A DNA stretch of 64,000 bases from a virus (taxonomy: Duplodnaviria; Caudoviricetes), in the IMG/VR virus record IMGVR_UViG_3300001598_001736, positions 1,297 through 65,296 of that record; one strand, given 5' to 3'. Position 1 is the stretch's first letter. Each line of letters begins with the position of its first letter. The position numbers were made by a program, and so were the translations under genes. The notes below the pieces were generated by a model. It worked only from the letters and a program-made list of their open reading frames with translations. It searched no databases and was not told the origin of the DNA. Of the stretch, positions 48,084 to 57,488 are shown piece by piece.

Positions 48084-48693
48084 AAGGACTAGCCAAGCTC
48101 CATTCCCAATAGTCTGTTCCGTGCCATTCTTTGGTGAAAAGATTATGTGTGTGATCTTCATTTCCTACAAAGAAGATATAATCTTTCGGTATTGTTCGAC
48201 CGATATTTCTTTGACCTGCTTTTTCGTTATTCCAGCGGATTAAAACATCCTCAGCAAGTTCTTCCAGTTCAGGATATACAGGAACATCTTCTGTGAAGCA
48301 AAAGGCGTTTTTCTGAGTGATTACTTCCATAATCGTATCGGGGAAATAATTATCCTCACTATCAACACGATTACATATACACCACACAACTGCTGCTTTT
48401 TCTGCTTCGGATTTTACTCCTCGGCATTCACAGTAAAGCACCTTTGCAACAGCTTCGACTTCTTCTGTGGTAAAATTGTACTTTGTGGAAAAAGGATTCG
48501 ATGTTTCATATGTAGTTGAAATAGCGGAACTGAAATCCTCTTCTGTTTTTGAAACAGCGTCTGATGAAAGACTGATACTTTCTGTATTATCTTCCTTTGA
48601 GCCGCAAGCGGTAAAAATTGTTGCTATTAAAGTGATTGTTATAATCACTACCGCAACCAATAAAAGATTTGTTCTGTTATTCTTTGTCATCAT
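48073..48693 (-). CDS. SleB/CwlJ-like cell wall hydrolase, probable lipoprotein
   Basis: Signal peptide with FTAC; AKVLYCECRG...NRVD...FPDTIMEVITQKNAF. Confidence 0.75.
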   Translation of the reverse strand: MMTKNNRTNLLLVAVVIITITLIATIFTACGSKEDNTESISLSSDAVSKTEEDFSSAISTTYETSNPFSTKYNFTTEEVEAVAKVLYCECRGVKSEAEKAAVVWCICNRVDSEDNYFPDTIMEVITQKNAFCFTEDVPVYPELEELAEDVLIRWNNEKAGQRNIGRTIPKDYIFFVGNEDHTHNLFTKEWHGTDYWEWSLASPYED

Positions 48694-49357
48694 CTGAATT
48701 ACCTCCTAAAAGTTTTGTGTTAAGGAATCTGGCATTCCTATCGTAATAAGATTGTTTTTCTATGCGTTCCTGTGTAGCAGCGTTAAGCATACGAATTGTG
48801 TCTTCTCCATAAGCAATTTCTGCTTTGTGGCAAGCTTCAACTACTGCAACTGGTAATGTTGCTTGTTCTCGCATTCGTGCATAAGCCGGCTTGTATTGGT
48901 CCATAAAAGCGACACGGTCAAGACCGGATTTGCCGCCTCTTGCTCCCTCACAATGAAGAGAATACAAATTGCTCCACCCGATTATCTCAATCGTTCTCTT
49001 TATAAGAGGTGGAAGAGATAAGTAACTTTGGTTAACAAACTCTCCTTTGGCATACATCAAATCCGAAACAGCAGCCCAGGCAACATCCGGCGGTACAATT
49101 TCGGGATGCATTATATCAGTTATTATTTCCCGTATTTCCGCAATGCTCGGTGGCCATTTGTTTACAGAAATGTGCTTACGTACTGCGAGCTCGACCAGTC
49201 TGTATTTATCGTCTTTGAAAACATTAGACCAGATTGCGGCCATCGCTTTTATGATGTTTTCATCTTTGAATCTTTCCGAAGCCGGATAACTCATAACAAT
49301 TAAAGTGATAATTTTAACTGTTTCCTGTTCTGTCATCGTTTCCACCTGCTTCTTCAT
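48677..49357 (-). CDS. G39P-like helicase loader/inhibitor
   Basis: MTEQETVKII...YP...KWPPSIAEIR; follows the replisome organizer. Confidence 0.7.
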   Translation of the reverse strand: MKKQVETMTEQETVKIITLIVMSYPASERFKDENIIKAMAAIWSNVFKDDKYRLVELAVRKHISVNKWPPSIAEIREIITDIMHPEIVPPDVAWAAVSDLMYAKGEFVNQSYLSLPPLIKRTIEIIGWSNLYSLHCEGARGGKSGLDRVAFMDQYKPAYARMREQATLPVAVVEACHKAEIAYGEDTIRMLNAATQERIEKQSYYDRNARFLNTKLLGGNSDDDKE

Positions 49358-50216
49358 ACATCTTCGCCAATGTTCCCAAAACCCCTGTTGGCTTTGATTC
49401 TGTTCTCTTATCGTATTTGTGTTCGATAATTTTAGAGAAGTTTGTAGGCTTCATCATCCAATCAAAATCTGCAGACCAATTTCTATCATTTTCTCCTTTG
49501 AGGAATGAGGACGATTCTGCTATTCTGAAAAGTTCTTCAAACTTATCAAGGTCTTTGTATGTTCTCCATCGTGCCGCAACTGCGCTCTTTCTGCTACCGT
49601 CTATCGTTTCAATACGAGGAAAAGATACGCAAATACTGTGATACAAATCTTTGATTTTGGAAAAAGGGCAAGAACGGGAACTCTTCGCTTGCGGAGTTGT
49701 AGTATATTCCGCTTTCTCTTTATCTAAATCTGAATCTAAATCTGAATCTAAATCTGAATCTAAATCTGTATCTTGACACGGTTGACTTGTCATTGACTTG
49801 TCATTGACATCATCCGAATTTGCGTTTTGAGCGGCAATTCTCTGACGTCGCCGCTGCTGAGCGAGCCTGTTGTATTCTCGTATCTCGTTCATTTTGTCGA
49901 CATTCTGATATTTTTCCCAATTCGAGATTTTCAGAATATCGTCAACAACTTCTATCATTCCAAATTTTTGAAAAGTAGAAAGAGCCATTTGAACTGTAGA
50001 GAGCGGACGATTGAATTGAGAAGCCATCATTTGGTCAGTGTAAGGTATTTCTTGTGTAAAATAGATTAGTCCGTTATCATTAACATTGCCGGCAAGACAT
50101 AACAGCTTAAACCAAATGACTATAATCGAATCACCGTCAGGTAGGCTTTCTAATTGCCGGATTTTTCGGTTGTCAAATATCTCCGTAACAATCTTTATCC
50201 ATTTGACTTCTGCCAT
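49314..50216 (-). CDS. Phage replisome organizer / replication initiator
   Basis: VKWIKIVTEIFDNRKI...WFKLLCLAG; C-terminal NWSADFDWMMKP. Confidence 0.88.
   Translation of the reverse strand: MAEVKWIKIVTEIFDNRKIRQLESLPDGDSIIVIWFKLLCLAGNVNDNGLIYFTQEIPYTDQMMASQFNRPLSTVQMALSTFQKFGMIEVVDDILKISNWEKYQNVDKMNEIREYNRLAQQRRRQRIAAQNANSDDVNDKSMTSQPCQDTDLDSDLDSDLDSDLDKEKAEYTTTPQAKSSRSCPFSKIKDLYHSICVSFPRIETIDGSRKSAVAARWRTYKDLDKFEELFRIAESSSFLKGENDRNWSADFDWMMKPTNFSKIIEHKYDKRTESKPTGVLGTLAKMYEEAGGNDDRTGNS
49723..49812. repeat. Iteron-like repeats inside the initiator gene (putative ori)
   Basis: 4 x 12-bp TCTAAATCTG(A/T)A at 49723-49770, then four TTGAC copies at 49773, 49782, 49793, 49804. Confidence 0.75.
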
Positions 50217-50274
50217 TCATCCACCTTCTTTCGGTATCGGGCTACCCCTCATAAGAGGGGCAGTCCTTGTTCTG

Positions 50275-50694
50275 TCAAAATGGGAGATCATCATCGGTAG
50301 GTATTTCTTCAAATGAGTTCGGCTGCTCAACGGTAACATCCAGTGAGTTGGTTGGCTGTTCTGACGATTTGCTTTCAACAAATTTTGCTTTATCTGCAAT
50401 AACTTCTGTTGCATATCTTTTGTTGCCGTTATTATCTGTCCATGACCGGACCTGAAGACTTCCTATGATACAAATAGCTGAACCTTTACGGAAATATTTG
50501 GTGATGAATTCTGCTGTTTGGCGCCATGCCACAACATTTATAAAATCTGTTATTCGTTCGCCATCTGCAGATTTAATGTTGCGGTCAACTGCGACCGAAA
50601 AGGTTGTAACACTCACGCCGCTTGGAGTTACTTTTAACTCAAGGTCATTGGCTATTCTGCCGCCGATAATAACTTCGTTAAGGTTTAAGCTCAT
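50275..50694 (-). CDS. ssb: Single-stranded DNA-binding protein
   Basis: LNEVIIGGRIA...VAWRQTAE...acidic DDDLPF tip. Confidence 0.95.
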   Translation of the reverse strand: MSLNLNEVIIGGRIANDLELKVTPSGVSVTTFSVAVDRNIKSADGERITDFINVVAWRQTAEFITKYFRKGSAICIIGSLQVRSWTDNNGNKRYATEVIADKAKFVESKSSEQPTNSLDVTVEQPNSFEEIPTDDDLPF

Positions 50695-51526
50695 TTGTCC
50701 TCACCGTCATCCTTTTCTGCTGCTCTGTCCTCTTCGAATAAAAGCCATTTGATGATTTCTTCAAGGTCAGAGGAATAGTGGACATGGCTTACCGCCTTGA
50801 TGACAACGCTGAGTAAAGTTTCCTTGCGAACAAGATCTTCATAACGGTCACGCTCAATTCTTATAGTCGACTTAAACGGAATGATAATTTCGCTTTTACA
50901 AGCCTCTCTGTTGTCTGACTTCTCGTTGAAGTTTTCAATAATGTTATCGGAGTTGGGTAAATCTTTCATTTTGATTATCCTTTCTGCGGGGCGCTTGCCC
51001 ACAATGATTTCATCTTTTCAATTTGTTCGGGTGTTTCGGTTGGAATGCCGAGTGCTTCACAGTCTTGAATAAGGTTATCTATAAGCCTTGACATCTGCTT
51101 TGTGTTATATGACGATGAACCGTAATAGCAGCGAATGATTACATTACCGTTTTGAGTGTAATCTACCTGTTCTGTTATCCACCCAGTGCCGAGCATACTC
51201 CACGCCGTTCTAAGCGTTTTGGCATCTTCTGGGGATATATTCGGGAAATCCTTATATACCCCGATTTCCCGAATAGCCTCACGGTACACTGCATCTTTAT
51301 TGTTCTTTACATCATCGTCAGAAAGCTTTTCTGCGATTTTTCCGCACAAGGCCCAGCAATATGCATTGGCGTCCAAAGACCGGCGTTCCCTATGTCTTTT
51401 AATTACAATGTCAACATCGTAATCTTTGAGCTCATCGAACAATTCGCTCATATCAGACTTTACTGTGATGGTGACAATCTGTTCTCCGCTCCGGCTAAAT
51501 GCCAAGTCTTTAAGTCGTCCTATCAT
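50691..51526 (-). CDS. Hypothetical protein (50691-50969) and NinB-like protein (50975-51526)
   Basis: RRSLDANAYCW...GSSSYNTKQMSRLID in the latter. Confidence 0.65.
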
Positions 51527-52170
51527 TCTTCTTCCCTATGGCAGTGCATATACACATACTCTCCCTTTTTCCCGATATTTCGGTAAATAAAGTCATCACA
51601 TTTGGATTTTGAAAGGTGATTTTTAATGACTTGGAGCTCGTATATGTACACGCCCTCTTCCTTTTTTTTCTTTATTTTTTCTTGAATCTCTTCATCAATG
51701 TAGTTGGCTTCGATTAAATACAAATCGTAATCAATAGCAGTAATTCCGTTAAGATTGTTTGTATCTGTCGCATATATCACTTTCCCAATGGGGAAATGAA
51801 TCTTATATCCGCAGTTTGCTACATTGTGAGAAAGGGGAATGGGAATGATATTGCATATACCGTAGTTGTACAGTTTCCCATATTCCAACACATCTATATT
51901 TTCGGTTGGAACACCGCAATCAATTAACGGCTTAACTAACCATTTGCAACAAGCGAAGCGCAGCATAGGACGCCTATTCGACAAAAGCCTTATTGTTGTT
52001 GGTTGAAAATGGTCTGTGTGTATATGAGTTAATAACACCAATTTCAAATCCTTGTAGTAAGGCTCCAAAGCCTTAAATGTCACGCCGCAGTCAACTAAAA
52101 TAGATGTGTTTATAACAACAGCATTTCCTATAGAGCCGGTTGAAATGATTGTGAATGGAATTTTAGACAT
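51523..52170 (-). CDS. MBL-fold hydrolase (putative exonuclease partner of RecT)
   Basis: LLTHIHTDH, YATDT, IEANY, HLS; coupled to recT. Confidence 0.8.
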   Translation of the reverse strand: MSKIPFTIISTGSIGNAVVINTSILVDCGVTFKALEPYYKDLKLVLLTHIHTDHFQPTTIRLLSNRRPMLRFACCKWLVKPLIDCGVPTENIDVLEYGKLYNYGICNIIPIPLSHNVANCGYKIHFPIGKVIYATDTNNLNGITAIDYDLYLIEANYIDEEIQEKIKKKKEEGVYIYELQVIKNHLSKSKCDDFIYRNIGKKGEYVYMHCHREEE

Positions 52171-53158
52171 CGTTCAAATCAATCTTTTCCACCACATCTA
52201 TTGCTTCTGCCTGAATCTGTGTTCCAGGAGAAATCACTCTGACCGGGTTGCTTTGTTCAGATACTTCTGAATCATCCGAGAAAATGTTTCCGGCTCTATC
52301 AACATTTACCATTGTGGAATCCTTTTCAAAGGCATTCTGGAGTTCGGTTGACATAACACCCCATTTACTTATGAGCTGACGAAGCATGGTCTTTTTTGCC
52401 ATTTCATCGAAATCCTTATACCAGAATGATGAATATTTCCACATTTCCGTATCTGGAATTTCGCCATTAAGCATTCTCGAATACGCTTCCGAAGAAAAAG
52501 CGGGAGAATAACGGTCAGCGTGTGCCATCATTTTATCTTTTGTCCAGTAAAGGAGTTTCTGATAGCCGTTGATATACTCAAACCGAGCTGCGTAACCGAT
52601 TGTTTTTGCGGATTCCCTTTCAACATCATCTTCAATCCACTGTGCCTCAAATTCTTCTGTAAAGGGGTTATATTTAACAAATTCTCCCTCTTTTACTTCG
52701 ATAACATTGAGGCATTTGTAATATCCGCTTCTCAGTGCAAGCTGAATATAACCTTTATATCCGAGAACAAACTGAGCCTTTTTTTCGGAAACAGCTATCC
52801 ATTTGCCTTTTTCGTCTTTAACCTTATTTCCGCTCTCATCAGTCAACCACAGCGTTTTCCCATCGGGACCTTTTACCTTGCAGTCAAATGGCACAAGATA
52901 AAACTGGCCAAGCTGAGGGGACGGCGATAAGTTCAGGCTTTCTCCCAGGAGAGCTCCCGCAAGAATTGTACCTGCATCGCATTCCTGAAGCAGAGGATTA
53001 ACGGCAACGGCAGACGTTATTGTTGCAACAAATCTTTTGGCTCTGTCGGGATCACCGAGTGTATTACGGATAAGTGTTTGATAACTTGGCGTTGCAATAG
53101 CAACAGAAAACTTGGGCTTCTGCGGAACATTACTGCTGTTCATATTCATACTCTCCAT
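52163..53158 (-). CDS. recT: RecT-family recombinase
   Basis: GQFYLVPF, QFVLGYKGYIQLALRSG, DEMAKKT. Confidence 0.92.
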   Translation of the reverse strand: MESMNMNSSNVPQKPKFSVAIATPSYQTLIRNTLGDPDRAKRFVATITSAVAVNPLLQECDAGTILAGALLGESLNLSPSPQLGQFYLVPFDCKVKGPDGKTLWLTDESGNKVKDEKGKWIAVSEKKAQFVLGYKGYIQLALRSGYYKCLNVIEVKEGEFVKYNPFTEEFEAQWIEDDVERESAKTIGYAARFEYINGYQKLLYWTKDKMMAHADRYSPAFSSEAYSRMLNGEIPDTEMWKYSSFWYKDFDEMAKKTMLRQLISKWGVMSTELQNAFEKDSTMVNVDRAGNIFSDDSEVSEQSNPVRVISPGTQIQAEAIDVVEKIDLNDV

Positions 53159-53999
53159 TCACCAAAAATTCTTTTAAGGTCTTAATCTGCTGCATTGTCC
53201 CCACAACAGAAAATGATACTCTGTATTTCTTCTCTACTTCGGGCTGTTCTGCCGTTTCGACCTTCGGAGGTGAAAGCAATTCAGAAGTTTCCAAAACGGT
53301 ATTTGCACTTCTCTCACGCTCTCTTTTAATTTCCTCATTCTTTTCGATAATGAGTTTTTCTTTTTCGATTGCTTTGTGACGGTTGGCAACCGTAGTAATC
53401 GCCTGAGCAACATTCAGCGAAGCCTTGTATTCAACGAAAACTTCTTCCGGATGTTCCTGAACCTTAATGAGTTCAACTTCATCACTTACCTTGTCGACAA
53501 AGGCCGTTATCTGTTCCCTCATTGCCTTTTTGCTTATGTTAAGGGTGATGTTCAGTCCCATGCGCTCAAACGGGACAAAGTCAATTTGTTTGCTCTGGCA
53601 GTATTCAAGATAAAACGCTTCTGCTTCTGCTCTTTTTTCTTCTTTCAGACTTTCCTCAACATCGTGAATCTTAACTGCCAGCTTCTTGTCACAAGGCGTA
53701 TAAATTTCGGTTACGCACTCCTTATAAATCTTTTCAAACGCATCATAAGGAGCCAAAATTGCTTTTTTCGCTTCTTTCCTTTTTGCTTCAAGTGCGTTAT
53801 AGATTTTGGTAAGCTCCGCTCTCTTTTTCTTTACTATCTGCAGAGTATCTGCCGTACAGGCTAACGCCATAGCAGTCTCAGCTTCTTCCGAGAACCGCTC
53901 TTTGATTGCCATTAACTGTTCTTCAATAACCGGGAGCTGCTTAACAATTATCAGTTCTTCACCTTTTATTTCTTCAACAGTTTCAATTTGTTCGTTCAT
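53130..53999 (-). CDS. DUF1351-like coiled-coil protein
   Basis: QLPVIEEQL...KRAEL...RKEAKKAILAPYDAFE; upstream of recT. Confidence 0.7.
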   Translation of the reverse strand: MNEQIETVEEIKGEELIIVKQLPVIEEQLMAIKERFSEEAETAMALACTADTLQIVKKKRAELTKIYNALEAKRKEAKKAILAPYDAFEKIYKECVTEIYTPCDKKLAVKIHDVEESLKEEKRAEAEAFYLEYCQSKQIDFVPFERMGLNITLNISKKAMREQITAFVDKVSDEVELIKVQEHPEEVFVEYKASLNVAQAITTVANRHKAIEKEKLIIEKNEEIKRERERSANTVLETSELLSPPKVETAEQPEVEKKYRVSFSVVGTMQQIKTLKEFLVNGEYEYEQQ

Positions 54000-54010
54000 A
54001 ATTTCTCCTT

Positions 54011-54914
54011 TTAATCAACAAATGAATAATTGCAGTGGGGACATCCTGTAACCAGCGAAGCTTCTGCCTGCTCAACGCTGATTCCGGTTACTCTTCCGTC
54101 AAGATGTGTGTACGGGCTGTAAATGTTTCTGTTGCAACGGTAGCATTTTCCATCGAAAGCCGGTGCAAAATTCGGAATGCCTTTTTCCTCGCAATATTTT
54201 TTCTGAGCGGTTATTGCTTTTGATGTATCAAACATTTTCTTTACCTCTTATTCTTCGGATATTTGGCGGCATTCTTTGCTCTTTTTACTATGGTGGAAAC
54301 TATCGCCACAATTCCCAATATGATTTCTTCTCCAAGAACACAAGCGATTATGCCTGCTACAAACGGGTTAATGTACATGATTATTTCTCCTTCTTTTTTG
54401 ATTTAAGATATTTTCTTATGCTGAATGTAAGCCATGACTGCATTGTGTCAAATCCGTCATCCTTGACCGCTTTGATAAGTTCTGCATATTCATCGTCTTC
54501 GAGTCTGCAAGCAACCTGGCATTTTAAGCGATGACAACCGTTTCGCCTGTGTCGTTCTTTTTCAAGAAGCTCAGGAGCGTATTTTTCAAGAAGGGCATCC
54601 AATGCTTTTGATTTCAAATCAATGCCATATTCTTCTCCATGTTCGCATTTGCTTTGGAGCATTTTGTCATACTTTGGAAAAAGAACCTTTACGGTATCTA
54701 CCATTTCTTTTGCAGACAGATTTTTCGAGATTCGCAGTTCTCTCAATGTATTGACAGATTGTTTTTTCTGCGGTAAAATAGAATTGTGTTCAAGTTCGCT
54801 ACTCGACACATCCGGACTGTTCCCGTTGCCGCGGGGCAGTCCTTCTTTTTTGCAATCGCAAATTTCTCCGAAGTCAAGGTTTGCACCACAATCCGGGCAC
54901 TCCCTGTATTTCAC
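54011..54914 (-). CDS. Three small early proteins (54011-54235 Cys-rich; 54241-54378 hydrophobic 45 aa; 54381-54914 Zn-ribbon/HTH-like)
   Basis: Packed ORFs with RBS. The 45-aa MYINPFVAGIIACV... ORF is below the track cutoff; the third starts at GTG after AAAGGAAG. Confidence 0.55.
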
Positions 54915-54915
54915 T

Positions 54916-55992
54916 TCACAACACTTCCTTTCTTGCCGAGGATAAGATCGAATGCCATAATGCCGGCGACATAGTAAGCACTCTGTAGCCTGTAGCTTCC
55001 AGTTCGGTGGATCTATCGTAGCTTTTAACATCCTGGGCGTAACGAGTAACCGCATTTGCTACGCCATATAACGAAAGGTCTCCACCGGCGATCAGATGTC
55101 CGAGAACGCCCTCATTCTCATTTATGGAAATGCCGAATTGCTTAGATGTGAGTTCCATCACCTTCGGAACGGTGATAGGTTCAATTTTTGCGTTTGCCGC
55201 TTCTCTCATTTTGTCAACTATTGTTTCAAATATAGACTGATTCGCTGCCGCATTCACGGCGTCTCTGACTTTAAGAAGAAAAGCACGGTCATCGGCTTCT
55301 ATGGTGTCATTGCGCATAATGCTCATATCAAAATCCATATCGTTTATTCTTCCAATATGATTTTTGCGAACATTGCCGTCTTGTGCTACCATTCCGTTTT
55401 TACATACCAAACGGTATATAAGAGGACTAACGCTTACGCTTCCACGTCCGACTTCTGAATTGCTGATAATAAGGCCTGACTGAACCACATCACCAATACG
55501 AACTTCGGTTTGAATTCGAGGATTTACGACTTTTATATACATTTTCGTTTCTGTGATTTCACAACTTTTAATTTCTGCTCCATCCATCTGTGAGATAATC
55601 GGAAGTACCGTTTCGGCAACTTCTGCATTATCAATACGCCTGTATCTATCAGATAAGAAAGCTCTTACATTTCCATCAAGGGTACGCACCATTCTTCTTT
55701 CGGGTGTCAGTGGATTATGTAACCAATGGTTGACATTTTTCGTCAGCAAGCCAGGACTGCTCTCTCTCATTTTCTCGTAGTATTTTGTGGGTATTTCAAG
55801 ATACTGTCCGATTTGTGAGTGGGCAACTTCGTTAATTCCGAATGTTCGGCCAAGCCCGTCCAACTGAAAACCAACTCCGTATTCGCCCTCAACCATTCGC
55901 ATTGCATCCGTGTCAGCAAGGTAATCTTTTTTTGCTTTCTGCTGCCGCTGGATTTCAGTTGCAAGTTCCTGAATGTTTTTTCCGGGTAACAT
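54916..55992 (-). CDS. DUF932-family protein
   Basis: RAFLSDRYRRIDN...ISNSEVGRGSV...YRLVCKNGM. Confidence 0.8.
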   Translation of the reverse strand: MLPGKNIQELATEIQRQQKAKKDYLADTDAMRMVEGEYGVGFQLDGLGRTFGINEVAHSQIGQYLEIPTKYYEKMRESSPGLLTKNVNHWLHNPLTPERRMVRTLDGNVRAFLSDRYRRIDNAEVAETVLPIISQMDGAEIKSCEITETKMYIKVVNPRIQTEVRIGDVVQSGLIISNSEVGRGSVSVSPLIYRLVCKNGMVAQDGNVRKNHIGRINDMDFDMSIMRNDTIEADDRAFLLKVRDAVNAAANQSIFETIVDKMREAANAKIEPITVPKVMELTSKQFGISINENEGVLGHLIAGGDLSLYGVANAVTRYAQDVKSYDRSTELEATGYRVLTMSPALWHSILSSARKEVL

Positions 55993-56007
55993 CTGAATTT
56001 CTCCTTT

Positions 56008-56452
56008 CTATAATTCGTAGCATGATTCTTCAAACGGGATAAGTTTTTCGTAGTATTCGCTGTTTCTTGCTTCAATGCGGTCATCTTCGGGGTAATGCTT
56101 ACAGTAGCTTTTCCAGTCCTCGTAGCATTTGCTACACATCCAACGGTTAAGAACCGGGATGAGATAGCCTTCGTTAGAATGTTCTCCGCATTCATCGCAA
56201 ATGCCAAAGCCGCCGATACTACAGATTTCTATGGCTGTAGTCTTATACACAGTTAAGCCGTTTTTCAGTTTGAACTTTAACATCTGTAATGCTCTCCTTT
56301 CCTTGATAGCGTTTTGCTTTCCAGTTTTCGTAGTCTTCACGAGTACCTGGCTTTTCAAATAAAAGGCGTATGCTTGATGCAAGAACCCGACATCCTGTTT
56401 GATATACTTCATCGGGAATATCCGATTCGTTGATTTTGGGGTTGTCTTGCAA
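56008..56452 (-). CDS. Two small early proteins (56008-56283, 56243-56452)
   Basis: First two ORFs after cro; strong SD AAGGAAAGGAG before MLKFKLK. Confidence 0.55.
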
Positions 56453-56511
56453 TGTTATCTATCCCCCTTTTTATATTGTTATTTATTTGGATTAGTCATT
56501 GAGCGTTGCAA

Positions 56512-56867
56512 GTTTAGTTTTCCTGAACGCTTTTGGTAAAAAAATAAGCACCAATATCGCTATCATCAATTTCAAGCAAAATGCATATTTTGGATATTTC
56601 GGACTGCTTAAATTTTGCTTTATTATTGAGCTTTAGCGACAATGATGCCTCTGCATTACCAATGGCATTTGCCAATTCTTTCTGAGAATAGTGCTTTTCT
56701 TTCATTCTTCCCAAAAGTTTGTCGTAATTGAACTCCATTTTTCTCACCTCCCTGTTTAGATTTTCTGAACTTATAATACCACACCTTTTTTCCCTTGTCA
56801 ACACTGCGTTTAAGATTTTCTAAACTTTTTTATGATTTTCGGCAATTTTGTGTTGTTTTTTCTAAAC
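56512..56867. promoter_or_regulatory. Immunity region: 17-bp operators GTTTAG-N5-CTRAAC and leftward promoter
   Basis: Full sites 56512-56528 and 56754-56770; degenerate sites near 56810-56826 and 56851-56867. TTGACA(56801-56796)-17bp-TATTAT with TG extension drives cro. Confidence 0.72.
56514..56738 (-). CDS. Cro-like HTH regulator (DUF739-like)
   Basis: MEFNYDKLLGRMKE...SQKELANAIG...SLKLNN; divergent from the repressor. Confidence 0.88.
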   Translation of the reverse strand: MEFNYDKLLGRMKEKHYSQKELANAIGNAEASLSLKLNNKAKFKQSEISKICILLEIDDSDIGAYFFTKSVQEN

Positions 56868-56904
56868 TTTTATGATAATATATTTGCGAAAGAAGGGTTG
56901 AATA

Positions 56905-57282
56905 ATGAAAGACACTTGTGCATCACGCTTAAAAAAGGGCTTGGAAATCCGCAACATGAAACAATCTGAACTATGCCGTATTACCAAGATACCCAAATCT
57001 GCAATATCTCAATATATCAGCGGAAGCTTTGAACCAAAGCAAGATAGAGTATTTTTAATTGCATCTGCTCTTAATGTTTCTGAAGCATGGCTTATGGGGT
57101 TTGATGTTCCAATGGGAAGAACTCCCGAAAATAATGTTATAGAAAAAATACAAGCCGCCCAAATGAGCGATCTTTCAGATGATGATTTTCGTATTATTGA
57201 GTTATATTTGTCTCTTTCGCCGGAAAAGAGGGGCCAGGCTCTTGATTATCTTCGCTTTCTTGCAGAGACTTCAAATAAGTAA
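56905..57282 (+). CDS. CI-like XRE repressor (no peptidase domain)
   Basis: MKQSELCRITKIPKSAISQYISG...LNVSEAWLMG; short helical C-terminus. Confidence 0.9.
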   Translation: MKDTCASRLKKGLEIRNMKQSELCRITKIPKSAISQYISGSFEPKQDRVFLIASALNVSEAWLMGFDVPMGRTPENNVIEKIQAAQMSDLSDDDFRIIELYLSLSPEKRGQALDYLRFLAETSNK

Positions 57283-57355
57283 TAAATTGTTTTTTGGATT
57301 TGTCATCCAATGATTTAAGTAGCTCCAACACCTTTTCAACATTTGTTTTCTCCAT
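57194..57355 (-). CDS. 53-aa protein antisense to the repressor 3' end
   Basis: MEKTNVEKVLELLKSLDDKSKKQFITYLKSLQESED...; AAAGGA upstream. Confidence 0.55.
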   Translation of the reverse strand: MEKTNVEKVLELLKSLDDKSKKQFITYLKSLQESEDNQEPGPSFPAKETNITQ

Positions 57356-57488
57356 AATTATTACCATTCCTTTCTTTTTGAGCGGCAAAAAAAATATTAT
57401 CAAAAAGCTAAAAAAAATCATTGAATTGTTATACTATAACATTTTGCCGATATTTTTTATTTCCGATTACAATAGAGAGAATTATGAT

